64,000 bases of DNA from Dehalococcoidia bacterium. Lineage in GTDB: Bacteria; Chloroflexota; Dehalococcoidia; UBA6926. The translations under genes and the position numbers were made by a program. The stretch is from positions 1,139,473 to 1,203,472 of the forward strand of contig CBDCQG010000001.1 of NCBI GenBank assembly GCA_965220565.1. Reading direction: 5' to 3'. Every line of letters starts with the position of its first letter. Position 1 is the stretch's first letter. Under the pieces are notes generated by a model. It saw nothing but the letters and a program-made list of their open reading frames with translations, searched no databases and was not told the DNA's origin. This document shows, one piece after another, positions 31,037 to 40,160 of this stretch.

Positions 31037-31062
31037 TGACCCCGGCTGGAGCGCCGGGGTCA
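31037..31062 (-). terminator. GC-rich hairpin downstream of dppC (10-bp stem TGACCCCGGC/GCCGGGGTCA)
   Basis: The stem-loop lies 56 nt past the dppC stop. T-rich flanks are weak on both sides (ATTCTTT on +, ATTTGG on -). Confidence 0.4.
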
Positions 31063-31117
31063 TTCTTTCACCGGTCTTGTGGATGATCGATCCGGTATCG
31101 AAACATCCTCTTAGGGA

Positions 31118-32053
31118 TCAGCGTCCACGCAGGCGCGGATCCAGGACGTCCCGCAGCGCGTCTCCAAACACATTGAATCCAAACACCGCCATGCTGAGAG
31201 CAAGGCCGGGGAACACAATGATGTGCGGAGCAAGCTCGGCAAAGTCGAGCGCGCTGGCATTAAGCATGCCGCCCCATGACGGGTGCGGTTCCGGAACTCC
31301 CAGACCCAGGAAGCTCAGCGAGGCCTCAGTCGTGATTGCAGAGCCCAGCCGGCCCGTCACAACGATGATCCACGGCGCCATGGAGTTGGGCATGATGTAT
31401 CTGAAGATGAGGCGGAGGTGGCTGGCGCCGATGGTTCGGCCGGCCAGCACATAGTCCGTCTTCGTGACGGACAATGCTTGCCCGCGTACAACGCGAATCA
31501 TGGCGGGCAACGCCGGAATCGAAATCGCAATGATCGTGACTTCAATGCTGAAGGTCTGAAGGATGGCGACAATGGCCATCGCAAGAATCAGGCCCGGGAA
31601 TGCCTGGAGCACGTCAACGAGGCGCTGGCCCAGCAGGTCAACCCAGCCGCCGAAGTAGGCGCTTGTGATTCCGAGGATACCGGCAACGGTCCCCGCTCCC
31701 ATCGCTACTGCGAAGCCAACATACAGGGAGATCTGGGCCCCGAACACAATCCGGGTAAACAGGTCGCGTCCGTACCGGTCACCGCCCAACCAGTGCTCCG
31801 CATTCGGCGGAACCAACTGCGCCGAAATCTGTGACGCATAGCGGTATTCGATAAAACCGTCATAACTGGCGGTGGCGGCGGTCACGATCTCCCATAGCGA
31901 CGCGGTTGCCGCCATGAGAATCAGGAGGAAGACCAATCCTAATCCCACTAATCCAAGCGGTCGGCTCTTCCAGAGCAGCCAGTTACGCTGCAGGATATTG
32001 CGCCGTCGCCGCTGGCCGATAATCTCTGCGACCGCTTCAGTCTGTGCCGCCAT
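31118..32053 (-). CDS. dppC: ABC oligopeptide/dipeptide permease DppC/OppC-like
   Basis: N-terminal extension then a TM core with an EAA motif region (GAQISLYVGF...). Confidence 0.8.
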   Translation of the reverse strand: MAAQTEAVAEIIGQRRRRNILQRNWLLWKSRPLGLVGLGLVFLLILMAATASLWEIVTAATASYDGFIEYRYASQISAQLVPPNAEHWLGGDRYGRDLFTRIVFGAQISLYVGFAVAMGAGTVAGILGITSAYFGGWVDLLGQRLVDVLQAFPGLILAMAIVAILQTFSIEVTIIAISIPALPAMIRVVRGQALSVTKTDYVLAGRTIGASHLRLIFRYIMPNSMAPWIIVVTGRLGSAITTEASLSFLGLGVPEPHPSWGGMLNASALDFAELAPHIIVFPGLALSMAVFGFNVFGDALRDVLDPRLRGR

Positions 32054-32135
32054 CTCTTTGCTCCCTCTGAGTGCCGTCTACTCGATTTGCAGCCTGACCG
32101 TGGCTGGTTCCGTTCTCACACACCTGCCGGACGGC

Positions 32136-33095
32136 CTAGTACCTGATCCTTGGATCAAGCCAACCGTACAGCAGGTCCACGCCCAGATTCGCAGCGACGA
32201 CGGCAAAGCCGGTAAGCGTCACGACGAGCTGAACGACAGGGAAATCTCGCTGGTTGATGGAGTCCACCATCATGCGGCCAATGCCCGGAAGGCCGAAGAC
32301 CTGTTCCGTGACGACGAGGCCGGTCACGGTGATGGGCAGGAAGATGCCGATCAGGGTAAGCACCGGGATCAGGGCGTTCCGCATTGCGTGGCGGACGATG
32401 ATCACGCGCTCCTTGAGGCCTTTCGCGCGCGCCGTGCGGATGTAGTCCTCACGCATGACCTCAAGCATGGTTGCTCTCATCATGCGCAGCGGCACGCCCA
32501 TCAGGAACCCAAGGCCGATGATCAGAGCCGGCCAGATCAGCTGCGCGAGGTTGGCAACCGGGTCTTCCCAGATGGGGATGTATCCCTGCCGGGGAATCCA
32601 GTCAAACAGCCGGACGAAGATGAGGATCAGCATCATGCCGCTCCAGAAGGTCGGGACGGAGATGCCGAGGATCGCGATGCCGCGAATGAGGTAGTCGAAG
32701 AACGTGTCCTGCTTGAGCGCGGCAACGACGCCACCGGCGATACCCAGGATGCTGCCGATGATGAGGCCCATCAGGCCGACTTGCAGGCTTAGGGGAGCTT
32801 TACGTCCAATCAACTGGGACATGTCGGCGTTGTAGAAGAAGGACTTGCCAAAGTCGAGAGTGAACAGTCCGTAGATCCACCCCAGGTACTGTTCATAGAG
32901 CGGTTTGTTCAGGCCTAACTCGGTGCGAATCCGCTCGAGCGCCTCAGGGTCAATGCCTCCGCCGCCTTCGCCGCCGCCAAGCATCATAATGGCCACGTCT
33001 CCCGGCGCGATGCGCATGATCAAAAAGACCACGATGGTCACGCCAAGGATTGTTGGCACTGCCAACAAAATACGGCGTATTACATATGCCCACAT
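32136..33095 (-). CDS. dppB: ABC oligopeptide/dipeptide permease DppB/OppB-like, copy 1
   Basis: A 319-aa polytopic BPD-transporter with the ATMLEVMREDYIRTARAKGL EAA loop. Confidence 0.8.
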   Translation of the reverse strand: MWAYVIRRILLAVPTILGVTIVVFLIMRIAPGDVAIMMLGGGEGGGGIDPEALERIRTELGLNKPLYEQYLGWIYGLFTLDFGKSFFYNADMSQLIGRKAPLSLQVGLMGLIIGSILGIAGGVVAALKQDTFFDYLIRGIAILGISVPTFWSGMMLILIFVRLFDWIPRQGYIPIWEDPVANLAQLIWPALIIGLGFLMGVPLRMMRATMLEVMREDYIRTARAKGLKERVIIVRHAMRNALIPVLTLIGIFLPITVTGLVVTEQVFGLPGIGRMMVDSINQRDFPVVQLVVTLTGFAVVAANLGVDLLYGWLDPRIRY

Positions 33096-33254
33096 CTGCT
33101 TTCGCCCCTCCCCGTTAGGCTACAAGCCAGTCTGCGTCACTGGTAAACGGGCCGTTGCTTGCGCCACGGCTTGTTTCCCGTGTTTCGCACCATGCTATGG
33201 ATGCCCCCCTACCGTGTCAAGCATTTTAGTGCTCGCCTTACGGGATTGACGGCA

Positions 33255-33294
33255 GGTCGTCCCGACAGTGATCAGCGTCGGGACGACCTTTTTT
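33255..33294 (+). terminator. Strong intrinsic-terminator-like hairpin (12-bp stem GGTCGTCCCGAC, 10-nt loop) followed by TTTTTT
   Basis: A perfect stem plus T6 in the plus orientation, inside the 230-bp spacer between the two minus-strand dppB copies. No plus-strand gene lies upstream. Confidence 0.45.
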
Positions 33295-33324
33295 GAGGTC
33301 CGGATGCCGGGAAGTTCCTCACTC

Positions 33325-34284
33325 CTAATACCGGATGCGCGGGTCAAGCCAGCCGTAGAGCATGTCCACGCCGAGATTCGCCAGCACCACCGCGAATCCC
33401 GTCATCGTGACCACGAGCTGGACAACGGGGTAGTCCCGCTGATTGATGGCATCCACCATCATGCGGCCGATGCCGGGCAGGCCAAACACCTGCTCCGTCA
33501 CCACGAGTCCCGTCACCGTGATCGGCAAGAATATTCCGATCAGGGTGAGCACGGGGATCAGGGCGTTGCGCATGGCGTGGCGGACGATGATGACTCGTTC
33601 CTTGAGCCCCTTGGATCGCGCTGTGCGGACGTAGTCCTCGCGCATGACCTCCAGCATGGTCGCCCGCATCATGCGAAGCGGCACACCCATGAGGAAGCCG
33701 AGGCCGATGATGAGCGCCGGCCACATCAACTGCGTCAGGTTGGCGACCGGGTCCTCCCAGATGGGGATGTAGCCCTGCCGCGGAATCCAGTCAAACATCC
33801 GCACGAAGATCAGGATGAGCATCATGCCGCTCCAGAACGTCGGAACGGAGATGCCGAGGATTGCCGTGCCGCGAATCACGTAGTCGGTGAAGGTGTCCTG
33901 CTTGAGAGCCGCGATGACCCCGCCCGCAATGCCGAGGAAACTGCCGAACAGCAGCCCCATCAGCCCAACTTGCAGGCTTAGCGGGGCCTTGCGCGCAAGC
34001 AGCGTGGACATCTCAGCGTTGTAGAAGAACGACCGCCCGAAGTCCAGCGTGAGTATCCCGAACAGCCAGTCGAAGTACTGAACGTAGAGCGGCCTATTCA
34101 GCCCGAGTTCCTCGCGGATCCGATCAAGGGTAGGCTGATCGAAACTACAGCCTTCACCCGTAGGACAAACTATCATCAACGCCAGGTCGCCCGGCGCAAC
34201 CCGCATGATCAGAAAGACAACGACCGTAACGCCCAGGAGTGTCGGTACTGCCAGCAACAGCCGGCGCACAATATATGCCCACAT
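33325..34284 (-). CDS. dppB: DppB/OppB-like permease, copy 2 (tandem paralog)
   Basis: About 90% identical to copy 1 over the C-terminal two-thirds. The N-terminal third has diverged and carries a CPTGEGCSFDQ insertion. Confidence 0.8.
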   Translation of the reverse strand: MWAYIVRRLLLAVPTLLGVTVVVFLIMRVAPGDLALMIVCPTGEGCSFDQPTLDRIREELGLNRPLYVQYFDWLFGILTLDFGRSFFYNAEMSTLLARKAPLSLQVGLMGLLFGSFLGIAGGVIAALKQDTFTDYVIRGTAILGISVPTFWSGMMLILIFVRMFDWIPRQGYIPIWEDPVANLTQLMWPALIIGLGFLMGVPLRMMRATMLEVMREDYVRTARSKGLKERVIIVRHAMRNALIPVLTLIGIFLPITVTGLVVTEQVFGLPGIGRMMVDAINQRDYPVVQLVVTMTGFAVVLANLGVDMLYGWLDPRIRY

Positions 34285-34523
34285 GGTTCACGCCCTCCCC
34301 GTGCGATTCACCTTCTGCGCATGCCTGCCACGGAGCGGTGTCGTCCTTCATCGCTCCGGATATTCAGGCCAGTCTAACCATCGGATTACAAGGGTCAAGG
34401 CGAACGCCGGCGAAAAGGCCGTTTTGTACGAATCGACGCGGAAAAATAGCGTCAAGGGGTGTCAAGGGGCAGGGCTGTTTGAGGCAAAAACCGGCACCAC
34501 TTCGTGCGGTTTCACTCACAAAC

Positions 34524-34551
34524 GAGAGGGCGGCCCGTGAGCCGCCCTCTC
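34524..34551 (-). terminator. Hairpin (11-bp stem GAGAGGGCGGC, loop CCGTGA) downstream of the hydrolase gene
   Basis: Lies 20 nt after the stop of the minus-strand alpha/beta hydrolase. The downstream tract on the minus strand is only modestly T-rich. Confidence 0.4.
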
Positions 34552-34570
34552 ATCTGACAGTGGCTTCCTA

Positions 34571-35410
34571 TTAGGTTGTCGGCTTGTTCTCGCTCAGAAA
34601 AGCCAGGAGGGTTCTGTTGTATTCCTCGTGGCGCTCGAACGGCGTGCCGTGCCGGGTGGGAAACACCTCGACACCGGCCTGCGTGCCCGTCATCGCAGCC
34701 GCAAGGTCGTGCGCAGCCTCAGGGCCGGTGTACTGATCCCCTGCCCCAACGATGATCAACGTGGGGGACGTGATATTGGCCACATCCACGCCGGACGGAC
34801 CGCCCATGCCCGCCATGACACGAACATATTTCTCCGCGTCGTTGGACGTTGTGATGGCGTGGTGCGCCATCACGATCTGGGGGCGCGCCTCCCGGAACTC
34901 CGGCGTATAGACCTGTTCAAGCCATCCGTTCCACACGAATTCCATCCCGCCTGCGCGAATGCCCGCCATTCGCTCGTCTCGCATTGCCTGCGCGGCTTTT
35001 GCTTCCTCCTCGTTTGCGGGAGGAGGCGGATCGAGCCGTCCGCCGTTGGATATCACCGCGCCCCATACCCGATCGGGATGCGTCGCGGCAAAGTTGCGTA
35101 CGATGCCGCCGCCCATCGAATAGCCGATAAGCGCCGTGCGCTCGATGCCCAAACCGTCCAGCAAGGCGGCAAGGTCATCGATGAACGTCTTCTGGCTGAG
35201 CGAGTCGTCCTCCGGGGTCTCGGTGTCCCCGTGCCCGCGCACGTCATAGGTCAGGACGCGGAAGGACTCCGCCAGCGCCGGAACCTGCAGCCACCAGCCG
35301 TTGCGGTTGTCCCCGGAGCCGTGGATAAGCGTCACCCACGGCGCGCCCTCCGAGCCTCTCGTCTCATAGCACTGTTCGATGCCGTTTGCCGTGATCATCT
35401 GCGCCGCCAT
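34571..35410 (-). CDS. Alpha/beta-fold hydrolase
   Basis: HGSGDNRNGW, the nucleophile elbow GYSMGG, and HD in the C-terminal part. The start is placed at the internal Met (MAAQMITANG). Confidence 0.7.
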   Translation of the reverse strand: MAAQMITANGIEQCYETRGSEGAPWVTLIHGSGDNRNGWWLQVPALAESFRVLTYDVRGHGDTETPEDDSLSQKTFIDDLAALLDGLGIERTALIGYSMGGGIVRNFAATHPDRVWGAVISNGGRLDPPPPANEEEAKAAQAMRDERMAGIRAGGMEFVWNGWLEQVYTPEFREARPQIVMAHHAITTSNDAEKYVRVMAGMGGPSGVDVANITSPTLIIVGAGDQYTGPEAAHDLAAAMTGTQAGVEVFPTRHGTPFERHEEYNRTLLAFLSENKPTT

Positions 35411-35463
35411 ACTCCCCCCAATCCCCTGTCCTGTGTCTTGTGTTCGTAACGGCCCACGCTCGG

Positions 35464-35501
35464 ATTGTAGCGCGGCGACCCGTGACACGCCGCACTACAA
35501 T
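35464..35501. promoter_or_regulatory. Imperfect 14-bp inverted repeat ATTGTAGCGCGGCG-N10-CGCCGCACTACAAT
   Basis: 13 of 14 arm positions match. It sits in the divergent region between the hydrolase and the SAM-methyltransferase genes. Confidence 0.35.
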
Positions 35502-35630
35502 ACTGATTGAGCCCGGAACTTTGACGGGTGCAAACGAGGCGGGGAGTAGCGTCATGGCAATCGAGTTCAACGTGGAAGTCCATAGGGACTACCGCGCCCT
35601 CGCCAACCACCTGGCCGCGCAAACCAACGA

Positions 35631-36383
35631 ATGACGTTCTTCAACACGAGTGGGCGCAACCGCCTCTACGGCGATCTCGCCTGGCTCTGGCCGCTGATGA
35701 GCCCGCCGGACGAGTACGTGGACGAATCCCCGCACTGGCGCAACCAGATCCTGACACGTTTCGATAGGCGCCCCATACGCGCCCTGGAACTCGGCACCGG
35801 CGGCGGCCATTTCATCTCTCACCTGACCGACATCCTGAGCGTGACTGCCGTCGATCTATCGGAGGCAATGCTGGAGAATGCGCGGCAACTCAATCCGAAC
35901 GTTGAACATATCGTTGGGGATATGCGGTCGATCCGCCTTGATCGGACATTTGACGTTGTCCTGATCCACGACGCCATCGCCTATATGACATCAGAGGATG
36001 ACCTGGCCGCCACGTTCGCCACCGCCCGCGCGCACCTTGAGCCGGGTGGGCTGTTCATCACGATGCCGGACCACTACATCGACCGCCCCGTCTGGCCGTA
36101 CATCAACCATCGGACGCACGCGCGAGATGACAGGGAACTCACCTACATCGAATACTCAGCGCCGGACGTGAATGACCCGTCTCTGCTGCAATCATCGTTC
36201 CTGTTTGTCATCACGGAGAACGGAGAGCGGCGCATGGAACTCGACCACCACACGACCGGGCTGTTTCCGGTTGATACGTGGCGGCGGCTGATCGAGGAGG
36301 CCGGTTTCAGCGTTGAGCGGCTGAACTACCCCGTCGCGGACGGCCCCATCAGCCAATACCTCTGGGTGGCAACCGCGGTTTAG
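35631..36383 (+). CDS. Class I SAM-dependent methyltransferase
   Basis: Motif I ALELGTGGGHF and motif post-I VTAVDLSEAML. Confidence 0.7.
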   Translation: MTFFNTSGRNRLYGDLAWLWPLMSPPDEYVDESPHWRNQILTRFDRRPIRALELGTGGGHFISHLTDILSVTAVDLSEAMLENARQLNPNVEHIVGDMRSIRLDRTFDVVLIHDAIAYMTSEDDLAATFATARAHLEPGGLFITMPDHYIDRPVWPYINHRTHARDDRELTYIEYSAPDVNDPSLLQSSFLFVITENGERRMELDHHTTGLFPVDTWRRLIEEAGFSVERLNYPVADGPISQYLWVATAV

Positions 36384-37420
36384 GGGAACAGCGCGAACTC
36401 TTCCAGGCCCTCGGTTTCAGGCGCGCCAAACATCAGGTTCATGTTCTGGATCGCTTGCCCCGCCGCCCCTTTAACAAGGTTGTCCAACGCCGTGACAATG
36501 ATGATCCGCCCCGTCCGCTGATCAATCACCGGGTAAACCTGCGTCATGTTGCTTCCGGACGTCTGCTTGGTCTGCGGCGGCTTCTGCGTCACCCGCACGA
36601 ACGGCTCACCGGCGTAATAGTCCTCGTACAGGTCGCGCAAGCGCTGCGCCCCCTCGGGGCTCGCGGGAATGCGGCCGTCAGACGGCGTCACGTAGATGGT
36701 GCTCAGGATGCCGCGCGTCATCGGAATCAGGTGCGGCGTGAACGTGACGCTCCACTTCTGGGACGGGTCGATCTCGTGGAGTTCCTGCGTGATCTCCGGC
36801 AGGTGGCGATGGCCGGACAGCCCGTAGGCGGACACGTTCTCATTCACCTCGGAAAAATGGACGGTCTGGCTCAGCGAGCGGCCCGCGCCGGACACGCCCG
36901 ATTTTGAATCGACAATGACGTTCGGTTCGATGAGCTTTTCCTTAACAAGGGGAGCGAGTCCGAGCAGCGCGCCCGTCGGATAGCAGCCCGGGTTGGCGAC
37001 CAACCGCGCCTCCTTGATCTGGTCGCGGTGCAGCTCCGGCAGGCCGTAGACCGCCTCTTCAAGGTAGGATGGCACGGGGTGCGGCTGATACCACGCCTCG
37101 TATTCCTCCACGTTGTGGAGACGGAAATCGGCGGCGATATCTACCACGCGGGCATTCTTGCCGAGCATGGCGACGCATGCCTCCGCGGACGCCTTGTGCG
37201 GCAGCGCGGAGAACGCGACGTCCACGTCATCGAGTTCATCCTGCTCGACGATGGGCAGACCCATCTTGTCCAGGTGCGGCAGGTATTCGTCCAGCTGCTC
37301 ACCGGCGGCGGATCGCCCCGTGACGGCGGTCAGTTCGACATCGGAATGACCGCGCAGAATCCGCGCGAGCTCCATCCCCGCATACCCCGTCACATTGATG
37401 ATCCCCGCCTTGATGGTCAT
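36380..37420 (-). CDS. argC: N-acetyl-gamma-glutamyl-phosphate reductase
   Basis: GIINVTGYAGMELARIL, the catalytic Cys region ANPGCYPTG, and ~346 aa. Confidence 0.85.
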   Translation of the reverse strand: MTIKAGIINVTGYAGMELARILRGHSDVELTAVTGRSAAGEQLDEYLPHLDKMGLPIVEQDELDDVDVAFSALPHKASAEACVAMLGKNARVVDIAADFRLHNVEEYEAWYQPHPVPSYLEEAVYGLPELHRDQIKEARLVANPGCYPTGALLGLAPLVKEKLIEPNVIVDSKSGVSGAGRSLSQTVHFSEVNENVSAYGLSGHRHLPEITQELHEIDPSQKWSVTFTPHLIPMTRGILSTIYVTPSDGRIPASPEGAQRLRDLYEDYYAGEPFVRVTQKPPQTKQTSGSNMTQVYPVIDQRTGRIIIVTALDNLVKGAAGQAIQNMNLMFGAPETEGLEEFALFP

Positions 37421-37465
37421 GGTGCGTGTTCCTTGCCGTATTGCGACGCTATCTACCGTGATTGG

Positions 37466-37480
37466 TGAATACCCATTCTA
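37466..37480. promoter_or_regulatory. ARG-box-like site TGAATACCCATTCTA upstream of argC
   Basis: Matches the TGAAT-N4-ATTCA ArgR/AhrC half-site arrangement and lies ~46-60 bp upstream of the argC start codon. Confidence 0.4.
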
Positions 37481-37557
37481 GCAGGACGGAGCGGAACCAT
37501 ACGTGGTAGAAGAGCAAATCGCACACACGGAGGTACCGTATTTGTTACCATATAATC

Positions 37558-37734
37558 GTGATAGAACTCCAAGAGTACCTTGACGAGTCAGGCCGAAGTC
37601 CGTTCGGTCGATGGTTTGACCGCCTGGATTCACTAGCGGCAGCAAGAGTGAGCACCGCGCTTGCCCGAATGGAGGCTAGTCATGGCATTGACGCGAAGTT
37701 TCAAAGAGACGGTTCAAGCGCGGGCACAGCGTGA
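37558..37734 (+). pseudogene. Truncated RelE/ParE-type addiction-module killer gene (N-terminal 41 codons only)
   Basis: GTG-IELQEYLDESGRSPFGRWFDRLDSLAAARVSTALARMEAS matches the conserved N-terminus of COG3657-type toxins. After that the frame runs into unrelated sequence and ends at 37734. A TATAAT box sits at 37551-37556. Confidence 0.5.
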
Positions 37735-37999
37735 TGCCGCGTTTCGCGAGGGCCTGCTAAGAGAAGCTATTGAATGTCTGCTCACCGGCGAGATCGAAAC
37801 CGGCAAGATTCTTCTCCGTGATTATATCAACGCCACGATTGGCTTCGAAGAACTGGCGGCGCGTACGGAGAAACCCTCAAAGAGCCTGATGCGGATGTTT
37901 GGGCCGAAAGGCAACCCCAACGCTCGCAACCTCTTTGACGTGATCGGATGTCTCCAAGAGCACGAGGGCGTTCATCTGGAAGTTCACGCCGTGCGTTGA
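37682..37999 (+). CDS. Addiction-module antidote protein (HigA/COG3636-like antitoxin), apparently intact
   Basis: LTRSFKETVQARAQRDAAFREGLL...LRDYINATIGFEELAARTEKPSKSLMRMFGPKGNPNARNLFDVIGCL is typical of this antitoxin family. Confidence 0.65.
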   Translation: MALTRSFKETVQARAQRDAAFREGLLREAIECLLTGEIETGKILLRDYINATIGFEELAARTEKPSKSLMRMFGPKGNPNARNLFDVIGCLQEHEGVHLEVHAVR

Positions 38000-38007
38000 G
38001 ACTGCCC

Positions 38008-38694
38008 CTACCTCTTCTCCGTGCTGCTTGGGCAGAGGTTTGAGAGGATGCAATCCGGGCAGTTGGGGCGGCGGGCGTGGCAGACTTTGCGGCCATGTTC
38101 GATGAGGTCCACATGAAATTGGTAGACCTGTGACTCATCGAGGTGCGACTCAAGCATGTAGTGGGCCTTATCCGCGTTCATCTTCTTTGGGATGAGGCCG
38201 AGGCGGCCCGAGACACGGTGAACGTGCGTATCGACGGGCAGCGCCGGGCGGCCGAGGCTAAACAGCAGCACACACGCCGCCGTCTTCTCTCCCACCCCCG
38301 GCAGGCTCAACAGCCACTTGCGCGCCTCATCAAACGGCATTTCTGCTAGAAAGTCGATACTGAACTCGCCACGCTGGCGATGAATCTCTTGCAATATGGC
38401 CTGGACGCGCGGGGCCTTGATCTTCGATAGCCCGCCATGCTTGATCGTCTCTTGGATCGCCTCCGTCGGCGCGTCGACAACGTCCTGCCATGTGGGGAAC
38501 GTTTCGCGCAGATCCGCGAATGTGCGGTCGGTATTCAGGTCGGATGTGTGCTGCGAGAGAACGGTATAGATCAGCTCGTCCATCGGCTCGGCGCGCCTGA
38601 ACCACGGACGCTCTCCGTTCTGCTCATACAGCAGCGCAAAGACATCCTGCGCCCGCTGTGCGCGGACGGTTGGACGGCGGCGTTTCGTGGTCAT
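38008..38694 (-). CDS. nth: Endonuclease III (HhH-GPD glycosylase with 4Fe-4S cluster)
   Basis: An HhH-GPD motif LPGVGEKTAACVL and a C-terminal CxxxxxxCxxCxxxxxC cluster. Confidence 0.85.
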   Translation of the reverse strand: MTTKRRRPTVRAQRAQDVFALLYEQNGERPWFRRAEPMDELIYTVLSQHTSDLNTDRTFADLRETFPTWQDVVDAPTEAIQETIKHGGLSKIKAPRVQAILQEIHRQRGEFSIDFLAEMPFDEARKWLLSLPGVGEKTAACVLLFSLGRPALPVDTHVHRVSGRLGLIPKKMNADKAHYMLESHLDESQVYQFHVDLIEHGRKVCHARRPNCPDCILSNLCPSSTEKR

Positions 38695-38798
38695 CGCGTG
38701 CTAGACTCTCCCTATGAGTTTCCCGTTCATTCTAGGCATGGCTCTCGATTATTCGCCGCCATTCCGGCAGTTGCAGACCTTCACCACGGTAGACGCCC

Positions 38799-40157
38799 AT
38801 GCGTGACGAGATGACGCAGGCCCTCAGCGGCCACAGCGCGGACTACATCGAACTGCGGCTGGAAGAACTGGCCACGAATCATATCTCCATGCGGGGACAT
38901 GAGATCGACGACATCGGTGGCTCATCGAGCAGAGGCGGCGCAGCGCGGGCATACGTGAACGGCGCATGGGGTTTTGTGACGTTCACGCAGTCGGACAATC
39001 TCCGGGAGCGCGTTGCGACGGCCGTCCGGCAAGCGCACCTTGCCTCCGGCGAGGGTGGAGAGCTTGTGCGCGGCGAGCCGGTCATCGCTGAACCCGCCCC
39101 CGTCCTGGACAACGACCCGTTCCTTGTCCCTCTCGACAAGAGAGTCGGCTTGCTGCAGGAATACGTCGAGGCGATGTGGGCCGTGCCGAACATCCAGAGC
39201 ACGGCCATCGGCTCCGGCAACCGCCGCCGCGTAACGCATTTCGCCAACTCGGAGGGTTCGTACATCCGGCAGGAGCGCGTGGACGTGACCTTCAATGCGC
39301 GCGCCATGGCCCGCAGGGACAACGATGTCCAGCAGTACGGCGTCAGCGTGGGCAGCCTCGGCGACTATGCCGTTCTTGAGGGCCGTCACGACGAGATGCG
39401 CGAGATCGCGGAAAAGGCCGTCGCGCTGCTGGACGCGCCGCAGGTTGAGGGGCGCGAGTACACGGTGATTTGCGACCCCATCCTCGGCGGTGTGTTCGCG
39501 CATGAGGCGTTCGGGCACCTCTCGGAGTCGGATTTCGTGTATGAAAACGACCGTATGAAGGAGATCATGGTGCTGGGACGGCGATTCGGCGGGCAGCACC
39601 TGAATATCGTGGACGGCGCGTCAGTCCCCGGCCTGCGCGGCTCCTTTGACTACGACGACGAGGGCATCGCAGCGCGAAAGTCCGACCTGATCCGCGAGGG
39701 CGTGCTGGTGGGACGTCTGCATTCGCGTGAGACGGCGGGCAAGATGGGCGAGGGCGTGACGGGCAACGCGCGCGCCATGGACTATCGATTCGCGCCCATC
39801 GTCCGCATGACCAACACGTTCATCGAGCCGGGCACGGCCACGGCGGAGGAGTTGATCTCCGAGGTCAAGGACGGCGTGTACTGCAAGAACTGGTACGGCG
39901 GCATGACGTCCATGGAGATGTTCACGTTCTCCGCCGGCGAGGCGTATCGCATCCGCAACGGGCGCATCGAGGAACTGCTGCGGCCTGTCGTGCTGTCCGG
40001 CAACGTCTTCACCACCCTTGAGAACCTCGATGCCGTCGCGAATGATCTCGACATGAACCAGGGCGGAGGATGCGGCAAGGCGGGACAATCCCCCCTGCCC
40101 GTCTCCAACGGCAGTCCGCATATCCGCATACAGAACTGCCTCGTCGGGGGTGCCTAG
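38799..40157 (+). CDS. tldD: TldD family metalloprotease
   Basis: About 450 aa with TldD/PmbA conserved regions (HEAFGHLSE, GG.CGKAGQ). Confidence 0.8.
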   Translation: MRDEMTQALSGHSADYIELRLEELATNHISMRGHEIDDIGGSSSRGGAARAYVNGAWGFVTFTQSDNLRERVATAVRQAHLASGEGGELVRGEPVIAEPAPVLDNDPFLVPLDKRVGLLQEYVEAMWAVPNIQSTAIGSGNRRRVTHFANSEGSYIRQERVDVTFNARAMARRDNDVQQYGVSVGSLGDYAVLEGRHDEMREIAEKAVALLDAPQVEGREYTVICDPILGGVFAHEAFGHLSESDFVYENDRMKEIMVLGRRFGGQHLNIVDGASVPGLRGSFDYDDEGIAARKSDLIREGVLVGRLHSRETAGKMGEGVTGNARAMDYRFAPIVRMTNTFIEPGTATAEELISEVKDGVYCKNWYGGMTSMEMFTFSAGEAYRIRNGRIEELLRPVVLSGNVFTTLENLDAVANDLDMNQGGGCGKAGQSPLPVSNGSPHIRIQNCLVGGA

Positions 40158-40160
40158 GCC

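Noticed and set aside
32136-34284. The two dppB copies considered as a possible assembly duplication
   Set aside because: The copies differ substantially at the N-terminus, including an indel, and are separated by a unique spacer, so they are genuine paralogs.
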